The translations under genes were made by a program, and so were the position numbers. A stretch of DNA of 64,000 bases from Anolis carolinensis (taxonomy: Eukaryota): contig NC_085842.1 of the NCBI RefSeq assembly GCF_035594765.1, positions 1,302,001 through 1,366,000 of the forward strand, in the 5' to 3' direction. Every line of letters starts with the position of its first letter. The first letter of the stretch is position 1. The notes beneath the pieces are model-generated. The model searched no databases. It worked only from the letters and a program-made list of their open reading frames with translations, and was not told the origin of the DNA. Of this stretch, positions 39,676 through 51,446 are shown piece after piece.

Positions 39676-40273
39676 ATAATAATAATAATAATAATAAAAC
39701 TTTATTTATACCCCGCCACCATCTCCCCAACGGGGACTCGGGGCGGCTAACATGGGGCCACGCCCAGAGCAATACAATATAACAACATATAAAAACAACA
39801 TATCATAACACAATTAAAAGCAATAAAAATAGATGATAATAGACATTACATCAAGAAATAATAATAAAAAACCCCCCAGTAAAACAAGGGCAGGCCGCAT
39901 GGACACAAGGATAAAACTCGGAGTGAGAGGGACAGAGGGGATACTCCATTGTGGGCAGGGACACATGAAAGTGGGGCAGTCTAGAGGATAAATGCTGAGG
40001 GGGGAGTAACACAGAAATATATAACAGAAATTACTCACCGAAAGCACAGCGGAAGAGCCATGTTTTCAGGTCTTTCCTAAAAGCTAAAAGAGTGGGAGCT
40101 TGCCTGATCTCAGTAGGTAGTGAGTTCCATAGTCGGGGGGCCACAGCGGAAAAGGCCCTCTCCCTTGTACTCACAAGGCGGGCCTGGGATATAGACAGTG
40201 GTGATAAAAGGGCCTCCCCGGATTATCATAAAGATCGGGCAGGTTTATGGTAGGAGATACGGTCACGGAGGTA

Positions 40274-41362
40274 CCCTGTTTCCCCGAAAATAAGACAGTG
40301 TCTTATATTAATTTTTGCTGCCAAAGATGCGCCAGGTCTTATTTTCAGGGGATGTCTTATTTTTCCACAAAGAAGAATTCTCATTTATGGTTGAATTTTT
40401 AAAAAATTAAAATTTATTATCTACTGTACAGTAGTTGTCATCACAAACCAGAATAACCAAACTGTGAATCCTTTCAAGAATTTCTATATTATATTTTACT
40501 GGCTGTGCCCGGCCACGCGTTGCTGTGGCAAAGTGGTGGTGATATTGGTTAAAAATTGTTGTGTAATTTTTATTTGACGTTATTTGTATTTTTAAATTAG
40601 TTTTATTGTAAGTTATCTTTTCATTTATTATATTTTATTATTTTCTTGTATTATTTTTAGTTATTTTCTGTTATTATAGTATTTTATTGTATTAATTTTT
40701 TTAGTGTTTTTAATTATTTTTTAGTGTTTTTTATTATTTTTTATTGGGTTGCTAGGAGACCAAGTTGGAGGAGCTTAGCCTTCTAACTGGCAGCAATTGG
40801 ATAAAAGCAATTATTCTTCTCTCTCTAATTAGGACTTTATTTTTCTTTTCTTTTTGTTGTATCAACCTAGAGCCGTGGATGATGGGTTGTGTCGTCAAAT
40901 GTCAAGGTTGGGGGGCCTGTAGTTTTGTTGTTTTGTGGGTTGCCGTGATGCCATCACTCTTTTATATATATAGATTTTATTGCTATATTGCTATACTGTT
41001 TTTAAATTAAAAGGTAAAGGTAAAGGTTTCCCAAGATGTTAATTACTGTTTTAAATTTCTGTTCGCATGTAAATTTATGTTGTTGTTGGGCTTGTCCCTG
41101 TGCAAGCTGCCCTGAGTCCCTTCTGGGAGATGGAGGTGGAATACAACAATAAAGTTATTATTACATTATTATTATTATTTCTTGTTACTACCTTTATTTC
41201 CATGTACAACGATCTATGGTATGTACATTTACCGATCCTGCATGCTTCCAAACAAAAACTTTACTAGGTCTTACTTTCGGGGGAGGACTTATATTTAGCA
41301 ACTCAGCAAAATCTCTACTAGGTCTTATTTTCTGGGGATGTCTTATTTTCAGGGAAACAGGG
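40274..41362. mobile_element. TA-flanked MITE (CCCTGTTTCCCCGAAAATAAG family)
   Basis: TIRs with TA duplication; uninterrupted copy at 55165-55578. Confidence 0.85.
40499..40974 (-). mobile_element. Non-autonomous Helitron
   Basis: 5' TC, hairpin gccac...gtggc, variant CCAG end. Confidence 0.8.
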
Positions 41363-41774
41363 TAGGTGGGTCCCAATCCGTTTAGGGCTTTATAGATGAT
41401 GGTCTGCACCTTGAATTGGGACCGGAAAATGAACGGCAGCCAGTGGAGCTCCTTAAACAAGGGAGTGGATCTCTCCCTGTAACTTGCCCCCGTTATTAAT
41501 CTGGCAGCCGAGCGTTGGACCAATTGTAGTTTCAAGGCCGTCTACAACTCCCACCATGATTCCTGCAGAAGGGCCTAGCACCAGGGTTGCGGACTACAAC
41601 TCCCATCATTGAAACTTCTGCGCCCATACCTTGAGACGCCAGATCCGGCCATGGGCGTCCACGCCTCAGTTGCACCCCGCTTGGACTACTGCCACGCTCC
41701 CCCCCGGGGGTTGCCTTTGGAGACAGTTCAGAGCCTTCCATTGGAGGCCAGACTGCTAACAAGAACCCCGTTCA

Positions 41775-42195
41775 GGAAGCCCTATGAGGAGCGGCTTAAA
41801 GAGCTGGGCATGTTTAGCCTGCAAAAGAGAAGGCTGAGAGGAGACATGATAGCCATGTATAAATATGTGAGTTTCAAGTCATAGGGAGGAGGGAGCAAGC
41901 TTGTTTCTGCTGCCCTGCAGACTAGGACGCGGAACAATGGCTTCAAACTACAGGAAAGAAAGGAGATTCGACCTGAACATCAGGAAGAACTTCCTCACGG
42001 TGAGAAGGGCTGTTTGGCAGTGGAACTCTCTCCCCCAGACTGTGGTGGAGGCTTCTTCCTTGGAGGCTTTTAAGCAGAGGCTGGATGGCCATCTGTCGGG
42101 GGTGCTTTGAATGCAATTTCCTGCTTCTTGGCAGAATGGGGTTGGACTGGATGGCCCCTGAGGTCTCTTCCAACTCTACTATTCTATGATTCTAA
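41775..42195 (+). mobile_element. CR1 3' end inserted in an L2 fragment (about 41605-42500)
   Basis: YEERLKELGMFSLQKRRLRGDMIAMYKY; attctatgattct tail. Confidence 0.88.
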
Positions 42196-42782
42196 GAGAT
42201 CCACTCCCATGTTGTGGCAGCTCCACTGGCTGATGGTCTGCTTCCGGGCTAAATACAAAGTCCTGGTCATTCCCTTTAAAGCCCTAAATGGTTTGGGTCG
42301 AGGTTACTTGACCGATTGCATCTCCTCTTACAAACCAGGCCGGGAAGTGCGGTCAGCAGAGGAGGAGGTCCTGCTCTCAGTCCCACCCCATCCCAAGTAC
42401 GGCTGGTGGGAACAAGAGAGAGAGAGAAGAGAGGGCCTTCTCTGTGGCCGCCCCCACCTCTGGAACCCCCTCCCTCAAGAAATGAAGCTGGCCCCTCCCT
42501 CCTCTCCTTCAACTTATGCTCACTAGCATATGGAGAGGAGGAGGAGGATTAGTTAATGAGAGGTCAGTCCTGAGCCCTTGGTTGGGAACCATGTCGTGTT
42601 TGGACTCTCCTCATCCACGCCAGCCCAATCACCATCGTTTGCATATACAACCAAGCCACACTGTTTTGTGAACTCTAGTTGGCTGTTGTAAATTAATGCG
42701 GATGTTTGTTTAGATTTTATGTTGTTACATAATTTTATTTGACTAGGCGTAGTTTTAATTTATTGATGTTTAGGTTTAATTT

Positions 42783-43062
42783 GGAGCCTCCAGTAACGCA
42801 GCGGGTTAAACCACTGAGCTGCTGAACTTGCTAACCAAAAGGTCGGTGGTTTGAATCCAGGAAGCTAGGTGAGCTACCGTTGTTAGCCCCAGCTTCTGCA
42901 ATTCGAAAACATGCAAAAGTGAGTAGATCAATAGGTACCACTCCGGTGGGAAGGTAACAGCGCTCCATGCAGTCATGCCAGGGGCCACATGGCCTTGGAG
43001 GTTTCTATGAACAACACAGGCTCTTCAGCTGAGAAATGGAGATGAGCACCAACCCCAGAGTG
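42783..43062 (+). mobile_element. Sauria-type SINE, tail missing
   Basis: tRNA-like head; body matches the 25097-25420 copy. Confidence 0.8.
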
Positions 43063-43549
43063 ACTCCCCCTCTGGTTAAGGAGAATACATTCACAACTTG
43101 TCTTCGTAGTATGATAAGGCTCTATACAAGGAATATTTACAGTCTCTCAGAAGACTCTTGTCACATTCTCCTCCCAGACACCCCCAGGTAGCTGAGACCT
43201 TCCTACTTGCAAAAGGCTCTGTCTCGCTGCTCTTGTTCTTCAGCTGGGAACTTCCTTCGAACTGAGGAATGTGCTTCTTATCTCTGAGTGTTGAGCTGTG
43301 CTTGCCGGAGCGAAGAGGTAATAGAGAAAATGCCAGCTCAGAGCGATGGCTTTTGTTATGCTTTGTAAATATGTTTGTAGATATTAAATAAATGTTTGGA
43401 CTTCAGACTACAGATGTGTTTGAGTCTGACATTGAACAGGAATTGGTGAGGCAGACGATTGCAACCAATTCATCAGGGTGCTGGAGAAGACGATTCTCCA
43501 CCCTCAACTCGCACCCTGACCTTCCATGCTGACAGCTCTCTGACCCAAG

Positions 43550-45082
43550 AGCCCCACAATTGGCAACCACACCTCTCACAAAACTCCCTGGAATCCCTCA
43601 GTGACCACCAAGAGAATAACACCACTGTCCAGCAAGAAGTCAGTGGTTTTCCCACCCAACTTCATTGGTACCATGGGATCCAAGGGGGGCAGCTCTACAG
43701 CTTGCCCTGAGCCCAGTCAGTCTGAGTCCTCACACATGAACTTCCCCCGGTTTGGCCTGCAATCCCATTCTCTGGAACCCCCAACCCCCGGTCTCCTTTC
43801 TCTGGGGCAATCTTTCTTCTTATGCCCAGGCTTGCGGCACAGGACACATTGGTCTCGGCTGAGGGGTCCCCGCTCCCGAGATCTTTCTGGTTGCCACCTG
43901 TGTCTGTCCCTCTCCCTCTGTTCTCTCACTGTCTCTCTTTTTCTTGCCGTTCTCTTTTCCTTTCTCCCTCTTCCCATTCCCTTTCTCTCTTTTCAACCCC
44001 TCTGCCTTTTCCCTGTCATTCCTTCTCTTCCCTCTCTCACCCTCTCCTCTCCCTTCTGCTGTCTCTCCTTGTCCCTCTTTCCAGTTGTTCCCTTCTCTCT
44101 CCCTATTAATAAGGCCCAGCCAAGACTGGGGTATAGAACTGTGAGCAAGCTTTCTCCTTTGGTTGCTCCTCTTCCTTGGTGGTTTCTCTGTTATTGTAGA
44201 CCTCAAAGGCAACATCATTTAGCTGGGAGTTGGGCATGTCCTCAGCCCCATCAAGCTTCTGGAACTTGGTCTAGATGTCCACAGTGGACCTTCCTATGAA
44301 GATAACATCTTCTGGTTATCTGGGGAAGCAGGGTCAAGGGCAGTCCACTGGTGGGCAACGTGGCAGATCCTCTCGTAGAACCCAGCTGGGCTCTCATTGG
44401 GCTCCTGTTGGACCTCATAGAGCTTGTTAAGATAAAGTGCTCTAGGGTAGACACAAGGAAAGCTGGCTAGGATTGCCCTCCAGAAGCCACCCAGGGCTAA
44501 ATTCCCCGACTTGGAGTTGGAATCCCAATCCAAGGCCTTTACTTAGGCGACCCCTCATAGTTCGAGGATGATGGTCCTCCATCTTCGCTGTCTTGGGGAT
44601 GGATCCGTAGATGGCTAAAGATACCTATTCTTGATTTGCATGTTCTCCCGCAGGTGGAAGGCAGTCTCGGTCAGGGTTGGCTTGATGGGCCTTCCTGTTG
44701 GCACGTTTCTCCCTTAAGCCCTCCATTCGTGCCTCTTCGAACTCCGCAGCACTGCTGGTCACAGCTGACCTCCAATTAAGAGTGCTCAAGGGTCAGGGCT
44801 TCCCAGTTCTCAGTGTCTTTGCCACAGTTTTTAAGGTTGACTTTAAGCCCATCTTTAAATCTCTTTTCCTGCCCACCAACATTACGTTTCCCGTTCTTGA
44901 GTTCAGAGTAGAGTAGCTGCTTTGGGAGACGGTGATTGGGCATTCGGACAACGTGGCACTACAGTATCTGTTCCTCCCTTGGGATTCCCCCTCATCGCCT
45001 CCTACACTTCTCCTTGCCAGTTAAAAGGACACCCAGGAGAATCATCACATCACCCCAGTTGGGTCAATACGTGACAAATATA
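43550..45082 (-). pseudogene. Class I (gamma/epsilon-like) ERV gag-pro remnant
   Basis: PNWGDVMILLGVLLTGKEK (p30), QQEPNESPAGFYERI (MHR), CVLCRKPGHKKKDC knuckle, then FLLDSG protease. Confidence 0.8.
44540..44955 (-). mobile_element. RTE-clade LINE 3' fragment
   Basis: Reverse complement resembles 45085-45510; taagtaa tail. Confidence 0.75.
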
Positions 45083-45084
45083 AT

Positions 45085-45510
45085 GTGGACTGAATGCTGT
45101 CTCCCAAAGCAGTCTCTCTATTCCCATTTCAAGAATGGAAAATGGAATGCTGGTGGACAGAAAAAAGAGATTTAAAGATGGGCTCAAAGCTAACCTTAAA
45201 AGATGTGGCATAGACACTGAGAACTGCAAAGCCCTGGCCTTTGAGCGTTCTAGCTTGAGGTCAACTGTGACCTGCAGTGCTGTGGAGTTTGAAGCACAAA
45301 TGGAGGGCGAAAGGGAAGAACGTTCCAAGAGGAAGGCACATCAAGCCAATCCTGCCCAGGACCGCTTTCCTCCTGGAAACCTATGTCTTCACTGTGGAAG
45401 AACATGCGGGTCAAAAATAGGGCTCCACAGTCACCTACGTAACCACCACCAAGACACTACACTTGGAAGGCCATCATACTCAGACAAGGAGGGATCGCCT
45501 AAGTAAGTAC
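45085..45510 (+). mobile_element. RTE-clade LINE 3' fragment
   Basis: KRFKDGLKANLK...CLHCGRTCGSKIGLHSH; (taag)n tail. Confidence 0.85.
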
Positions 45511-46761
45511 ATTTGAAGTTCCTGTTTCCAGGGTCAGCTCAATGGAAACAATCAGCTAAAAGAGTGTCAGCTGGCGATTACCTAATCTTGCAAAAGAAAC
45601 CACCTGTTGTCCAGCATATGTGCACAATGGATCTTGATGGTCACCGTTGTCTCGCGTCCAGCCCATCCTCGATTTCCCAGGAAATTCCTCAGCAAGGTCC
45701 ACTAGTGGCGATGACCTCTGTAGCTGGCTCTGTGCAGAAATCCTATCCCATTAATACATTTCATAAACAGGGATATGGGGAGGGATAGGGTACAGTGGAA
45801 GCAGATCATATTAGTTATATTTTATTGAGAAGCAGATATGGATAGGCATATAGGCATAGGCATAAAGGGGAAGGTATGTGAGACGTATGGGGTGAGGCAT
45901 AAAAGTACATAAAAACAGGCACATTTGGACAAGGAAGAGGATCTATTTCTGAAATCACTGCAAAAGGAGAGGAGGCTGGGAATCCGATGAGAAGGGTATC
46001 TGGGGCCCTCCCTTCTCAGGAGCCCTAAGACCCAAAACATCCCCAATTCCCCAAATCTATAAATAACCAGGGTCTCTCTTTACCTGGCCTCCCTCCAAGA
46101 CTTTTAGGTCTTTCTGAGGAGAAAGATGATGGGAGTTGGAGTCCAAATAAGTGCCTTTGGACTAATCATGTAATAATGCAGGAATCTTTATTTCATTTAG
46201 AACTTTGGATTAATATATACCTGATCAACCACTGCCACCAGAAAAGGCAAGTAAACATTAAAGAGGTGGCAGATAATCAATGCACATTCTCCTTATTTCT
46301 TTCTAAATCCTCATCTACATGGATGAACACAAACACATGCGATCCCATGAGTAAAAAAGCCTTTACTTTAAAGATCTTGTGAGACATATTTCTCATGGAC
46401 TACAACTCCCAGACTCCTCCAATGTTTATGCCAGGCCTTTCTGTAGGGGTGATTGCAGTCCAAGAGAGGCCTTCCCTCCACACTTCTGGAGCAGGGATTT
46501 TCAATCTCGATTCCTCCGGGATTTCTTGGACTTCAACACCCAGAAGCCTCAGCTGCCCTGGCCCAAGATCAGGGATTCTGGGACATGGAGTTCCCAGGAG
46601 GTGGAAGGCCAGGGCTTTTTATGTGGGGCTGCCTTTGAAGATACGTTTGGAAGCTTCAGTTGGTCCAGAGATCAGCAGCCAGGTTAATTATTGGAGCACC
46701 GGAAAGGGAGAGAACCACTGGCTGCCAGTCCGCTCCTGGGCTAAATACAAATTGCTGATTA

Positions 46762-47923
46762 TCTATATATATAAAATGATAAAGTTGTTTGCGCAGTGAC
46801 TATAACAACAAAACTAAACATCCCAGAAATACGAAATTTGGCAACACAATGAAAAAGGCTTGCCTCCAGGTTACAACAACACAACCACACCACAAAACCA
46901 CAATCCAGACCCACAAAACTCACAACAACGCATCATGCGATAACAACACAACTAAACGTCCCAGAAATACAAAACTTGGCAACACAATGCAAAAGCCTTG
47001 TCTCCCAGTTGTAACAACACAGCCACACCACAAAATCACACAGGACCCACAAAACTCACAACAACACATCGTGACTATAACAACACAACTAAACGCCCCA
47101 GAAATACGAAACTTGGCAACACAACGCAAAAGCCTTCCCTCCAGGTTGTAACAACACAACCACACCACAAAACCACAATCCGGACCCATAAAACTCACAA
47201 CAACGCATCGTGACTATAACAACACAACTAAATGCCCCAGAAATACGAAACGTGGCACACAACTAAACGCCCCAGAAATATAAAACTTGACAACACAACG
47301 CAAAAACCTTCCCTCCCGGTTGTAACAACACAACCACACCACAAAACCACAATCCAGACCCACAAAACTCACAACAACGCATTGTGACTATAACAAATAC
47401 AAAATTTGACAACACAACTCATCCACCTCCCAAATCCCTACATTCACACTTGGCCTCCAAAAAACAATTACAATAATAACAATGACAACAACAACAACAA
47501 TAAGAATCAACACCATCACAGGCAAGAAACAGCCAGGCACTGAGGCTGAGAGGCCAGTCAGTGCTAAACTGGGCCTCCAAAAAACAATACAGTAGCATCT
47601 AACTTATCCAACCTTCATGACCACAACAACAACAATAATAATAAACACCTACACAGGCAAAACAAAAAAAAGACTATTGTAGCACAATGAAAATATAAAC
47701 CGCACTCAGCAGAATCAGACATTACAACTAACAACAAACCAAAGACAACAGGGATCTCAAGCAATTATCAATCAACACAAAAATAGAAGAAGGTAACAGA
47801 CTTCAAATACTACGACTAATGTGAGTATAAAGAAGGTGGAGGTCACAGCATCAATACAACCTAATGTAGACTGACCAACACCACCAGACTAAGCCACAGC
47901 AACGCGTGGCCGGGCACAGCTAG
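46762..47923 (+). mobile_element. Helitron with internal about 135-140 bp tandem repeat
   Basis: A|TC...gccacagcaacgcgtggc...CTAG|T, splitting an L2 fragment (gatta|ttacctataaag). Confidence 0.9.
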
Positions 47924-47957
47924 TTACCTATAAAGCCCTAAGCGTTTTGGGCTCAGA

Positions 47958-49250
47958 CTATTGGAAATACTGCATCTCTGGGTGGGTCCTTTGATGGGAA
48001 CGTAGACGGTCACTGAGACTGAAGCTTTTTCCACATTCTATGCATTTATGTGGCTTCTCCCCTGTGTGGGTCCTTTGATGGGAATGTAGATTGCCACTAC
48101 GACTGAAGCTTTGTCCACATTCCATGCATTTATATGGCTTCTCCCCTGTGTGGGTCCTTTGATGGGAACGTAAATGTCCACTCTGAAGGAAGGTTTTTCC
48201 ACATTCCATGCATTTATGTGGCTTCTCCCCTGTGTGGATCTTTTGATGGATACGCAGAGTGCCACTACAACTGAAGCTTTTTCCACATTCTAAGCATTTA
48301 TGTGGCTTCTCCCCTGTGTGGATCTTTTGATGAATATGCAGTGTGCCACTACGACTGAAGCTTTGTCCACATTCTAAGCATTTATGTGGCTTCTCCCCTG
48401 TGTGGGTCCTTTGATGGATACGCAGAGTGCCACTACGACTGAAGCTTTGTCCACATTCCATGCATTTATGTGGCTTCTCGCCTGTGTGGGTCCTTTGATG
48501 GGAACGTAAATGTCCACTCTGAAGGAACTTTTTTCCACATTCTAGGCATTTATGTGGCTTCTCCCCTGTGTGCTTCCTTTGATGGGAACGCAGATTCCAA
48601 CTCTGGCTGAAGCTTTGTCCACATTCCATGCATTTGTATGGCTTCTCCCCTGTGTGCGTCCTTTGATGAATACGCAGAGTGCCACTACGACTGAAGCTTT
48701 GACCACATTCCATGCATTTATGTGGCTTCTCCCCTGTGTGGATCTTTTGATGGATACGCAGTGTGCCACTACGACTGAAGCTTTTTCCACATTCTAAGCA
48801 TTTATGTGGCTTCTCCCCTGTGTGCGTCCTTTGATGGGAACGTAGATTGTCACTCCGACTGAAGCTTTCTCCACATTCCATGCATTTGTATGGCTTCTCC
48901 CCTGTGTGGGTCCTTTGATGGGAACGCAGATGTGCACTCTGACTGAAGCTTTTCCCACATTCCATGCATTGATACGCCTTCTCCCCTGTGTGGGTCCGTT
49001 CATGTACAGTAAGATAACTTTTTCTATCAAATTGTTTCCCACATTCCATACACTGATGTAACTTCTCTGTGTGTGATCTGGGATAGGGAGGTAGAGGACT
49101 TGCCATCCTTTTACAATGATAATTCAAATACCATGCCAGGGGTTCACAGATATAACCTTCTGAACAGCAAAGTTTTTGTACTGCTGTAGCCTTCTGCTCG
49201 CTTTCAAAAGCCTCTTTCTTCCACACAATCTTATTCCCCCCCCCCTCCAT
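47958..49250 (-). CDS. C2H2 zinc-finger gene 4 (13 fingers)
   Basis: 430-aa ORF; ATGs at 49250 and 49106 (the latter shared with paralogues); acceptor before exon start 49404. Confidence 0.88.
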   Translation of the reverse strand: MEGGGNKIVWKKEAFESEQKATAVQKLCCSEGYICEPLAWYLNYHCKRMASPLPPYPRSHTEKLHQCMECGKQFDRKSYLTVHERTHTGEKAYQCMECGKSFSQSAHLRSHQRTHTGEKPYKCMECGESFSRSDNLRSHQRTHTGEKPHKCLECGKSFSRSGTLRIHQKIHTGEKPHKCMECGQSFSRSGTLRIHQRTHTGEKPYKCMECGQSFSQSWNLRSHQRKHTGEKPHKCLECGKKFLQSGHLRSHQRTHTGEKPHKCMECGQSFSRSGTLRIHQRTHTGEKPHKCLECGQSFSRSGTLHIHQKIHTGEKPHKCLECGKSFSCSGTLRIHQKIHTGEKPHKCMECGKTFLQSGHLRSHQRTHTGEKPYKCMECGQSFSRSGNLHSHQRTHTGEKPHKCIECGKSFSLSDRLRSHQRTHPEMQYFQ

Positions 49251-49931
49251 AATTGCACTAGTACGCAGCTTGAAATATATTATTCTACCACTTATTTCTT
49301 CTTGTTGTCATTGCTGTGTATCTTGAAGTCACTTCATAGACTTCCAGCACTCTTCAGGCAAACCTCTCACAAGGTATTCTTCACAGAACTTGTTCAGAAG
49401 TTGCCTGCCAGAGAAATGAGAGGAAAATCTCTCCAGGAGTTGAACAGAGAAAAATCTCATGGAACATATTAATAATAATAACAACAACTGTCAGGCTTAC
49501 TTCAAAGGACCAGTCTGAACGCAGATCAAAGACAGCTGCTCTCAAACACAATCTTTATTGAAGAATACATGACTTTGGAAAAGTCGAGAATGACCTAATG
49601 TTTACATACATCTGATTTTATCACTTCTGATGCAACGTAATATCACACGCAAATATCATCATCAAACCCCACCTTCTGGATCACATTTCCACCAAGGTTT
49701 CTATCCCCCCCACACTACAGCAATTATAATTGTTTATACTTTCACCCCTGAGTTCCCAGGCTCATTTTATCTTCTCCCGCCAGGTGCTCGCATGTTTATG
49801 TTATGAAGTCAGATTCAGGGCTTGGAAATTCAGCCCTGGGATCTGGCTGCATGACATGGCGCCCCCGTTTTCTTCGTCCTCCTCTTCGGTTCTTCTTTCA
49901 CCATAGCCCTGAAACAAATCAAACAATAACT

Positions 49932-51446
49932 CTATGGGTCCATTTTGTCTAAAGTCCCCATATATTTTTTCAGCAAGCTGCGATGGAAGACTGGGTGTAT
50001 TTTCCCTAAACTTTTTGGCAATGCCAATTGGAAAGTCACTTCATTGATAACACCCTGTATTCTGAATGGTCCAATATATTTGGGGCCCAGTTTTCTTGAA
50101 GGTAACCCCAATTTGATGTTTTGGGTACTTAACCACACTAGATCTCCTTTATCTAATTTATCGCCTTCCACCCTCTTTCTGTCTGCGAACGTTTTATACT
50201 TTTTGTGTGCTTCTTTTAACGATGCAGTCACTTGATTCCAACATTCCATCATTTGCGTTTTCCATTTCCCTGCCTCTGTTCCTTCATTTTCTGTCCACCT
50301 CGGCAATTGGGGTAAAGGTTGTATTTCATACCCGTAAACTACTTCAAAGGGGGTTTTATTTGTTGCTGAATGTATAGTTGAATTAAAGGCTAGTTCCGCA
50401 AATGCCAACCACCTAGACCAGTCATTTTGTCTCATGTTAGAGTATATTCGAAGGAACTGCCCAAGCGTTTGCTGAGTACGTTCTACCGCCCCGTTTGTCA
50501 TGGGGTGAAAAGCAGAACTTAAACTCCTTTCTGCTCCTAGCATTTCCAAGAATTTTTCCCAAAATTTTGCTGTGAATTGTACTCCTCTGTCACTGACTAC
50601 TCTACTTGGACATCCATGTAATTTGTAAATATGGTTTATGTACAATTCAGCTAGTTTCTCAGCCGATGGTAGCTTCGTCAGTGCTATAAAGTGGGCCTGT
50701 TTAGAAAACAGGTCTAATACTGTCCAAATATAACGATGTCCTTTGCTGACTGGCAGTTCTCCCACAAAGTCCATAGCTACACATTCCCAAGGCCTGGTAG
50801 GTTCCGCTACTGTCTGTAACAATCCCATAGGCTTCCCTCCTCCCGATTTATTTCTGGCACAATCATCACATTGGACAACATGATTCTTTATGTCCTTCCT
50901 CATTCCTGGCCACCAACAATGTTTTGCTATTGCCTTTGTTGTTTTGGTAATTCCTGTATGACCAGCGCTCTGGTTGTTGTGAAAACGATGCAGAATCTTA
51001 ATCCTTAATATCGCTGGGATATACAGTTTCTTGTTTACAAACCAAAATCCCCCCTTCTGGTCCCCCTTTTCTGCGTTGGACGCGATCCATTGATCTCCTT
51101 TATAAGACTGTTTTAGTTCATTCCCCCAGTTATCTTCCCCGCCGAGTTCGACAAAAGCCGTGTCCTCCTTTTGGGTTTGTGCTCTTGTCCTGACAGCTAA
51201 GCCCCATTGTTTGTCAGAGAATATTGTCCCCTCCTTTGCTGTGGTTAGGCCTTCGTGTTGAGGCATGCGTGAAAGAGCATCTGCCAAGACATTCTGTTTC
51301 CCTTGAAAAAACTTTAATTGGAAATCGAATCTGCTGAAGTATTGCGCCCATCTGATTTGTTTGGGGGACAATTTTCTAGGAGACTTTAAATACTGGAGAT
51401 TCTTATGGTCAGACCAAATTTCGAATGGGATTCCGCTTCCTTCGAG
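49932..51446 (-). CDS. Gypsy RNase H C-terminus plus integrase
   Basis: SDHKNL, HHCC, AMDF...VSDRGVQF...GAVER (DDE), GPF motif; no chromodomain seen before the stop. Confidence 0.9.
   Translation of the reverse strand, partial: LEGSGIPFEIWSDHKNLQYLKSPRKLSPKQIRWAQYFSRFDFQLKFFQGKQNVLADALSRMPQHEGLTTAKEGTIFSDKQWGLAVRTRAQTQKEDTAFVELGGEDNWGNELKQSYKGDQWIASNAEKGDQKGGFWFVNKKLYIPAILRIKILHRFHNNQSAGHTGITKTTKAIAKHCWWPGMRKDIKNHVVQCDDCARNKSGGGKPMGLLQTVAEPTRPWECVAMDFVGELPVSKGHRYIWTVLDLFSKQAHFIALTKLPSAEKLAELYINHIYKLHGCPSRVVSDRGVQFTAKFWEKFLEMLGAERSLSSAFHPMTNGAVERTQQTLGQFLRIYSNMRQNDWSRWLAFAELAFNSTIHSATNKTPFEVVYGYEIQPLPQLPRWTENEGTEAGKWKTQMMECWNQVTASLKEAHKKYKTFADRKRVEGDKLDKGDLVWLSTQNIKLGLPSRKLGPKYIGPFRIQGVINEVTFQLALPKSLGKIHPVFHRSLLKKYMGTLDKMDP

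Larger units (their letters stand above)
39695..41535 (-). mobile_element. L2 LINE 3' portion with nested MITE and Helitron
   Basis: KLQLVQRSAARL...LHWLP...YKALNGLGPTY; L2-type tail at 39695-39760. Confidence 0.85.

Noticed and set aside
41530-41612. ACTACAACTCCCA ZNF143-like motifs (also near 2730 and 46398)
   Set aside because: Embedded in repeat-derived or duplicated sequence without a CpG island; no support for function.
42783-42870. tRNA-like A/B boxes
   Set aside because: SINE heads, not tRNA genes.
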